64,000 nt of DNA, from assembly GCA_964016885.1 (NCBI GenBank), contig OZ024741.1, forward strand, positions 400,582,001 through 400,646,000. The letters are read 5' to 3'. Source of the DNA: Eledone cirrhosa (lineage: Eukaryota). The notes beneath the pieces are model-generated. The model was not told the DNA's origin, made no database searches, and saw only the letters and a program-made list of their open reading frames with translations. The position numbers and the translations under genes are program-made. Position 1 is the first letter of the stretch. Each line of letters starts with the position of its first letter. Shown piece by piece: positions 57,018 through 64,000 of this stretch.

Positions 57018-57251
57018 ATAAAAATAAAAATAAAGATAATAATGACAAAAATAAAAGCAAAGAAGGGGTGAGAAGGAAGAAAGGAAAAGATAGCCAAGAA
57101 GAGGGAAGGAAGGAAGAAAACGAAGAAATAGAAGAGGAATGAGGGAGAAGGGGGGGGGATATATGTATTGGTTTTGTGGGTAATTAAAGGGTCTAGATAT
57201 AAGAGGGTATAAAGTCTAAGTATATGCAGTTTGTCAGTTGGTAGTAAGAGG

Positions 57252-57605
57252 TTAAGTGTTCGATTTGTAGTGCGAAAATTTCTCTTTGAGTCTATGGTTA
57301 CAATAAATTGATCTCTCAATTTTATTGTTGAGTAACCTATTCTTCGAACTTAAGATGTGGAACAGCTCAAGGTCGCATAATCGACAGCTTCTCATACCAC
57401 TCCGATATGGGGGCGCGTTTGATAATTTTTTCCACTTCAGGGTGTATTGATGGTTACTTTCCCTCAGTTGCCAGGTCTTGTTTGCAAGGGTAGTTACATA
57501 ACGGTGCTGGGAATGTTTCATTGCGTAACGGTGTGTATACCAACGAGCTTTAAAAGCATTCCCAGTCGCTCCGATGTAATACCATTTCTGGTTATCTGAT
57601 TCCAC
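57252..57605 (-). pseudogene. GIY-YIG endonuclease C-terminal fragment of a second PLE lineage (Nematis-like, tentative)
   Basis: YIGATGNAFKARWYTH...TTLANKTWQL...KW..LSNAPPY....CRLCDLE...LNNKIE...CNHR. Confidence 0.8.
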
Positions 57606-57973
57606 TGTGCATGTGGGTGTGGGTGTGTTTATACGCGTGCCTTCATATTCTTATAATGTATCTAATAACCTGTTTTTATGTGTACCTGCCAGACAGAGAA
57701 TCACATCATGTCTGTCTGTAGTTTACAGATACACAGATACACTATCCCTAACACATACATTTACGCACACTTTTTCACTATACGTACACATTTGTACATA
57801 CACACGTATGTACATCTGTGAGCGTATATACATACATATACACACACCTAACTATATTTCTCGAAAGATTTTTATATATTTCATATGGCTATTGTAATTC
57901 CTTTGTTTATATTTATATATAATTTTTTTTGCTTTTGTTGATGAGACTTTCCAAGTATTTAGCCATGTTTTAT

Positions 57974-58051
57974 ATTGCCTCGTCTGACGAACGAATGAAG
58001 ACGTTTCTTTCGTATTCGCCTCATTCGGGAAACCTCTGGTAATGAGGTAAT
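57974..58051 (+). ncRNA. Canonical type I hammerhead ribozyme with long stem I
   Basis: ATTGCCTCGT-CTGACGA-A-CGAATGA...TCATTCG-G-GAAA-CC(TCT)GG-TA-ATGAGGTAAT; 10-bp stem I (2 GU), 7-bp stem II. Confidence 0.9.
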
Positions 58052-58113
58052 TATATTGTATTGATTTTTATACATTATATATATATATATGAATATATAT
58101 ATATAAATGTATG

Positions 58114-58195
<82 letters not shown>

Positions 58196-58213
58196 TACAT
58201 TTATATATATATA

Positions 58214-58941
58214 TTTAACGAAGGGAAAAATGAATTAAGTAATAGTTAGATGTTGTTATTAGTTGATATGATAATAACAAAGTTGTTAGGGGAAATAACA
58301 GGAATAATAAGAATAGGTGTAATAACGAGAATATAAAGAATAAATGATTTGGTTTATATATGGTTTACTTCACGTGAATCAATTAAAAAGTACATATAAA
58401 ACAGTTACCAAGAGATGTTGATTTTGTTATTGTTGTTGATGTGAAAACAGCGAGAGAACAGATTATGTTGTTGTTGTTGGAGTCCGTGGTAATAGTTGAG
58501 ACCGTAGTGAGTAAGAGAGAGTAATGGTTTGTATACCTCTGAATGGTCTGTAATTGGTTGTAGACCACTGTGGCTTGTACATGGTCTGTAGTTGTAGGGA
58601 TCCAATCTCTGTGTGTATCAGTAGACCCCATGGGGTCTGTTGATAGTGGTGAATCTTTCACATAGCTTGTTCTGTAGTGGGGTGCTCCGATGTCTCTATC
58701 TCTGTAGACCACTGGGGTCTGTTGATAGCAGTGAATCCTTATATAGTTAGTTGCTAGCGTAATGCTCCGATGTCTCTGGCTAAAGTAGGATGGTACAGGC
58801 TCTATATATAGCTGTCACTTCCTGTCTACCACCTCGAGAGAATAGCCAACACATCAACCTGTTCACACCAAAAGGTTGATGACCCAGAATTTGACCTTTA
58901 GGTGTCACCCAAGGTTCAAGGCGTGGACGGATCTCGCTACA
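58214..58941 (-). mobile_element. Possible solo LTR inserted in (TA)n
   Basis: Minus strand begins TGTAGCGAG and ends TTCGTTAAA (one change from TTCGTTACA); TATA-like TATATATAG; internal direct repeats. Confidence 0.45.
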
Positions 58942-58952
58942 TATATATATAT

Positions 58953-59273
58953 ATATACAATATATTAACAAATGGAAACTATATTTATAAAACCATATTT
59001 ATTTCATTATACATATTTCAAGGGCCACCAAGGCAAATTATGGTGCGCTTTCATCAGATAAAATATAATATAGGTTAGTTTTATAAATAAATATTGACAT
59101 ACCCTGAAAAAATGCAACCATTCTGGTTGGAATCTCCAAGAGATTCCAACCAGAATGGTTGCATTTTTTCAGGGTATGTCAATATTTATTTGCCTTGGTG
59201 GCCCTTGAAATATGTATAATGAAATAAATATGGTTTTATAAATATAGTGTCCATTTGTTAATATATTGTATAT
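58953..59273. repeat. Fold-back palindrome (centre 59137-59139) whose right arm lacks the 5' half of the hammerhead
   Basis: AATCTC-CAA-GAGATT centre; 58953-59037 inverted at ~59188-59273. Confidence 0.85.
59002..59063 (-). ncRNA. Type I hammerhead ribozyme motif
   Basis: TTTTAT-CTGATGA-AAGCGCACCA...TGGTGGCCCTT-GAAA-TATGTA-TA-ATGAAA. Confidence 0.7.
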
Positions 59274-59354
59274 TTACTCCAATAATTTGTTGAGTGCTTT
59301 ATATCAGTTATAAAAATATTTTGCTTGTTGTATCCCAACAAATTAAATATAAAC

Positions 59355-59402
<48 letters not shown>

Positions 59403-59442
59403 GAGTTGATACACTTAATCGTTTGATGTCTACTTTCCTTAT

Positions 59443-59495
59443 CGAACTTACGACCTTACAATTGTGAGATGAACACTGTAACCAATAAGCCACGT
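59443..59495 (-). mobile_element. tRNA-derived SINE head fragment
   Basis: CGTGGCTTATTGGTTACAGTGTTCATCTCACAATTGTAAGGTCGTAAGTTCG (A-box and B-box like). Confidence 0.55.
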
Positions 59496-59594
59496 GACTT
59501 CACACACATGTATGGAGCAACAAAATTTAATAAATTCACCTACCAAAAATGTAATCAATTCGCGGACCAATTCTCTGGAATCATTTTGTGTGCA

Positions 59595-59778
59595 AAGATG
59601 AAACTCTTCTAGACTCAAAAGATGTATTAACAAGATGCAACCCTTCCAGAGTCAAAAGATGTAAAAAAATATATTAACAAGATGCAACTCTTCCATAGTC
59701 AAAAGATGTAAAAAGATGTATTAACAAGATGCAACTCTTGCAGAGTCAAAAGATGTAAAAGGATGTATTAACAAGATG
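59595..59778. repeat. ~47-bp tandem repeat, ~4 copies
   Basis: AAGATGCAACTCTTCCAGAGTCAAAAGATGTAAAAAGATGTATTAAC. Confidence 0.85.
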
Positions 59779-59927
59779 CCGTTGAGTAATCAACAAATCT
59801 GTTTCTGGTAAAAACCTTCCATTTTTAGTGACATTACAAACATATTTCAAAATTTGTAAATAAAATAAAACATTACTTTACTTAAAGTGCTCCATTTACA
59901 GGGTGTCATGAAAAAGATAATTGTTTA

Positions 59928-60429
59928 TCTATATGCATAAATGACAATTTCTGTCTGTTTGTTTGTGAACCTAAAACTCAAAAACTACCAAACTTATCTT
60001 GGTGAAACTTGACACGTGTGTGGGGCTCATGCCCATTTGGTTTCTTACGTATATTTCAACTTAATCAAAGGGTTCGCCGGGGGCTCAAACCCCCACTGAA
60101 AATGTTTTCCCTTCGATTTATATGAAATTTAAACCATAGGTAAATGACAAGATATGATGCCTATTCATAAAATTTCAGCAATGAAACCCCATAATGGCGG
60201 TTCTATTTATTTCCTTATAGCAACACTTAACTTCTCTGACAAACATTTTTTCACCTGACCAATGCAATCAACAATATTTGTTTGTATTATTGTTTCGTAA
60301 ATGAATTTGTCTTCGCTTTTCATTATCTGTCCTATATTTTCATTTCATTTTTGGTCTGAGAGGCATTGGGCATTTTAATGGGAACTGGGAATACCTCCGC
60401 TCCCGGGTATTACCGGGTACCTCAGCTAG
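59928..60429 (+). mobile_element. Non-autonomous Helitron
   Basis: A|TCTATAT start with (CTGT/TTGT)n; CCCGGGTATTACCGGG hairpin and CTAG|T end. Confidence 0.75.
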
Positions 60430-60689
60430 TTTACTATAATCCTTCTCAATGGCCTCACTAGCCTGATTAGCTCATTCTCTATTGAACCACTTCATTTCAT
60501 TCCTAAGAACTTTTTATTCCCTTCTTTGTAAATAGTGTATCATAGGTTTTTCATTTATGTACCTTTGTTATATCTTAAATTTATACATGGTTAGTGAAAT
60601 AAATGATAAGGTAGTGAGTTTTCTTGTGTGTATGTATGGACCCATGGAATCGTAACTCTTACTGAGTCGTAGGGGCGACATAATGATAC

Positions 60690-60775
60690 TTACCCATGAT
60701 GTCATGGGGTGGATTTGAACTGAGGATCTAACAATGGCATAGCAAGCGTCTTGATCGTTCAGCCATACTCTGGCC
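60690..60775 (-). mobile_element. tRNA-derived SINE head fragment
   Basis: TGGCTGAACGATCAAGACGC...CTCAGTTCAAATCCACCC. Confidence 0.5.
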
Positions 60776-61399
60776 AACCAGAATGTAGAGAAAAAAAACT
60801 GAATAATACATTATTTTAGATCAGCATTCAAATGTTTATGTCCAACTCAAATTCTACACATTATGTCAGGGCTATGTATTGTGTAAGTCATTGAGGTGTT
60901 CTCTTTGGGCTCTTTCAAATGTTTATATGTAAGGTATGATATAATACATATGGTCCTGAAACCTTTTCAAATGTTTATATGTAAGGTATGATACAATATA
61001 CATGTGGGCCATTGAGGTGTTGTCTGTGGACCTCAGACCTTTTCAAATATTTAAGATTGAAAAGACTTACAATCAAAACCAACATTCTAGCTACAACAAT
61101 TTCATGTTGCCGTCTATCCTGGAGTATGTTAGTCAGTGTGATTAGAGGGAGATTTGGCTACTGTGTTCAACAGATCAAGAGACAACATAGAGGAATGTCT
61201 GTGTCATAGGAACATGTATGTTTATCTTTTGTAGAACAGGTGTTGTATGATGTAAAAAGGTGATGATTTATTTATTTTAGTTTGAAATGTTTATTTTATA
61301 TCTGACTGTGATATAACTGTTGACGTAATATTAAAGTATTTGGATTGGGGCAGAAAACCTGAATGTGGAGTAGAAGAGAAACGTAAACTGAATCTAGCC

Positions 61400-61701
61400 C
61401 ATCATCATCATCATCATCATCATCATCACCACCGTTGTCATCATCATCATTATCATCATCATCATCATCATCATCACTGTTGTCATCATCATCATTATCG
61501 CCATCGTTATCATCATCATCATTATCACCACTGTTGTCATCATCATTATTATCATCATCATCATCATCATCATCATCATTATCATTATCACCATTGTCAT
61601 CATCATCATTATCATTGTCATCATCATCATCATCATCATTATCATTGTCCTCATTATCATCACGGTTGTCATCATCATCATTATCATCATCATCATCATC
61701 A
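61400..61701. repeat. (CAT)n microsatellite
   Basis: Direct inspection. Confidence 0.95.
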
Positions 61702-61922
61702 TATATTGTATGTATGTATATTTTTTGTTCCGTAACTCCTGATGGAGTCGTAGGGGTGGCGTTTCTTGGGCCTCTTTTTTAACCTTACCAAGCCCATCTC
61801 CTCTCCAAGCCAGAGTACAGCAGATTTCTTCCCTTCCAAAGAAGGATAGAGAGAGTGAGAGAAGGGAAGTGGGGACATAGAAGAAGAATTGACCCCAGTA
61901 CTAGACTGGTACTTACATATAT

Positions 61923-62036
61923 ATATGAATAAATTTAGTCCTTCATCAGTGATCTTCCAACCTTCATTGGTATTTCAGCGATGAAATACCAATGAAGGTT
62001 GGAAGATCACTGATGAAGGACTAAATTTATTCATAT
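61923..62036. repeat. Perfect 55-bp-arm hairpin with 4-nt loop
   Basis: 61923-61977 vs 61982-62036; contains CTGATGA at 62010-62016. Confidence 0.9.
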
Positions 62037-62085
62037 GTAACCCATTGCAACCACGCAGCACGCCATGTTTTCATATTCAAACACA

Positions 62086-62157
<72 letters not shown>

Positions 62158-62161
<4 letters not shown>

Positions 62162-62659
62162 TTGGTAAAAGGAAAAGAAAATGCTGACAAATTGTTCACA
62201 GTGAAAAATAGTTTAATTAGGAATAAGTAAAAATTAGTAATAGTATTGGTTAGTATTCAGTTTTGGTTTTAAGTTTTACCGTTTGCGCATTTCTAATGCT
62301 TTTCAAAAATAATTTTGAGATAGAGCGTCCGTGATGTTTGCTCTAATCAGATTAGTTTTGGAAATTCTACCTGTTTTATATAAAACAAGGTGGCTCCAGA
62401 TGTATGAAAAAATTCTGTTGGTCAAAACAATTTTGATTGGTCGGTAGAGGTCATGTGAATGTTAAAAATTGATTTTGCGCCAAATGTAGGTTTGTCTCGG
62501 CTGATTGAGAAGTCACTGAAAAATAAGTCTTTCAAGACAAATATGTGTGTCTGTGTGTGTGTGTAGTAGTAGTAGTAAAGAGGTTCGTTGTTGTGATAAT
62601 GGTCAGCAGGGATGTGTGTGCGAACCGCAGCCTGCTGACAGTTCAAATGCCTATTAAGA

Positions 62660-62707
<48 letters not shown>

Positions 62708-64000
62708 TTTGTATGTTAATGTACGCGTGGGTATGTGTGTGTGTGTATATATGTGTGTGTGTGTGTATGTGTGTGTGTGGGGGGGGGACCAGTATTTTTG
62801 TGATACTGATAAAAATGGTGTACATTATTCGATATTTTCAGTAAAAACGATTCTCTCAATAGAACATCAAAAACCTTAATAATAAAAGGTGTGAAATGAT
62901 ATATAATATTGGTATAATACCAAGGTGTGTGTGAGTGTCCAGATTGTACGTACTGCAAGGGGAATCCATTAGGCCTTGCCGTATTGGAATACTTGTGTAC
63001 AAATATGTATGTGCCCATCAGTGTGCAATGGATGCGTGCGTATATGTATGTGTGTGTGTCGGCACGTTTATATCTATAGACATCAAAAGGTATGCAAATT
63101 TGTGTATATTTGTGTTGCACCATAGAACATGTGTGTTTACGTATGTCATTGTGTTTATATGTGGATAGAGATGTATGCTGATGTAGGTATGTATGTTGAC
63201 GTGTGTATGTTGTGGGTTCGTCTTAGGGAGAAGTGTTTAGACGGGGTCCGTATTTGTTAATAAAGTGAGATTCCTTTCTGATGCGCTGGGTGTGGGTGGC
63301 ATTATCTTTAAATTTGTAGAGGGGAAAGATTCTGAAGTTGGGATGATTTGGGGCGGCACAGGTATCAATGTGTTCATTCAGTGGTATTTTCCTGTATTCC
63401 CGTATTTTAATTTGGGATCTATGGACAGTCATGCGTTGGCGGAGGCTGTTTTTGGTCTGGTCTATGTATTGTTAATACATATATTAGATTTTCTGATGAG
63501 CATGTGAAATTGTGTTTTACTATAAAACGTTGTCCTTCTTTGAAATAGAATTCCGAACCCTCTATTAGGTTGATGCATATGCCACAGTTGGGTCTATCGC
63601 ATTTTTTTACTGTGGGTTTCGTTGTTGTGGTTGGCAGTACTTAGCATGTGTTAGGATGTTTTTCATTGACTTAGATTGTCTTTTGCTCTTTATGATATCG
63701 TGTGTTCGTAGGATTTGGTTCATTCTATGGTCTTTTTTCAACACAGGGATGTTCTGGGGGATGATGTCAAAGGCCTCATTGTTGAGGGGGTTGTGTGTGG
63801 AGATGTATGGAAGAGCTTTTAGTTTCGGTTGATTTACTTTAGGGTGTCTAAGGTCCTGGGTACTGAATTTTAGGGCACGTTGGATTCCATTGTCAATTAG
63901 TGATGCAGGGTAGTCCCTGCCTATGAGTGTGTCCTTTAGTTCTTGTAGCCGTAAGTAACAGGTGTTTTTATTGGAGACTATAGTACAGATTCTCTTGGCT
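62158..64000 (-). mobile_element. Penelope-like element (Neptune-like, tentative): degenerate RT-thumb, linker and GIY-YIG, then pLTR; runs off the right edge
   Basis: AKRICTIVSN..RLQELKDTL..RDYP..LI..GI, LPYISTHNP, KKCDRPNCGIC, RMTVHRSQI...RIRKESHFINKYGPRLN; pLTR ends in (TA)n. Confidence 0.85.
62274..62311 (-). ncRNA. Hammerhead-like motif (U3-A8 plus GCAA) in the pLTR
   Basis: TATTT-TTGAAAA-GCATT(AGA)AATGC-GCAA-ACGG-TA-AAA, on the sense strand downstream of the GIY-YIG ORF. Confidence 0.5.

Noticed and set aside
59443-60775. tRNA genes
   Set aside because: Only partial A/B-box heads without a full cloverleaf; better explained as SINE heads
61340-61782. Poly-His/Ser/Met ORFs
   Set aside because: (CAT)n microsatellite
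62485-62540. Possible second hammerhead in the pLTR (TTGAAAG...CCGAGAC)
   Set aside because: Too many core and stem mismatches to support

Overview
Gene-free, repeat-saturated animal genomic DNA. The SINE family, TE mix and (TA)n density suggest a mollusc, probably octopus/cephalopod (inference). Bases 1-21848 are a 46-bp telomere-like satellite (~475 monomers) with higher-order variant patterns and no net indels. The remaining 42 kb is a nest of transposons in microsatellites: a Tx1/L1 LINE (20-bp TSD, one nonsense codon), RTE, CR1-like and CRE-like LINE fragments, Helitrons, tRNA-derived SINEs, MITEs, a 58/61-bp minisatellite and many Penelope-like element (PLE) fragments from about three lineages. 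The main hidden signal is at least 15 type I hammerhead ribozyme motifs from about 8 sequence families, including core variants (U3-A8, U4C, GCAA). Most sit in PLE pseudo-LTRs or in ORF-less fold-back or tandem units embedded in (TA)n tracts, which points to a PLE-driven retrozyme-like system. Most ORFs in the supplied track are microsatellite artefacts, and no host gene is supported.
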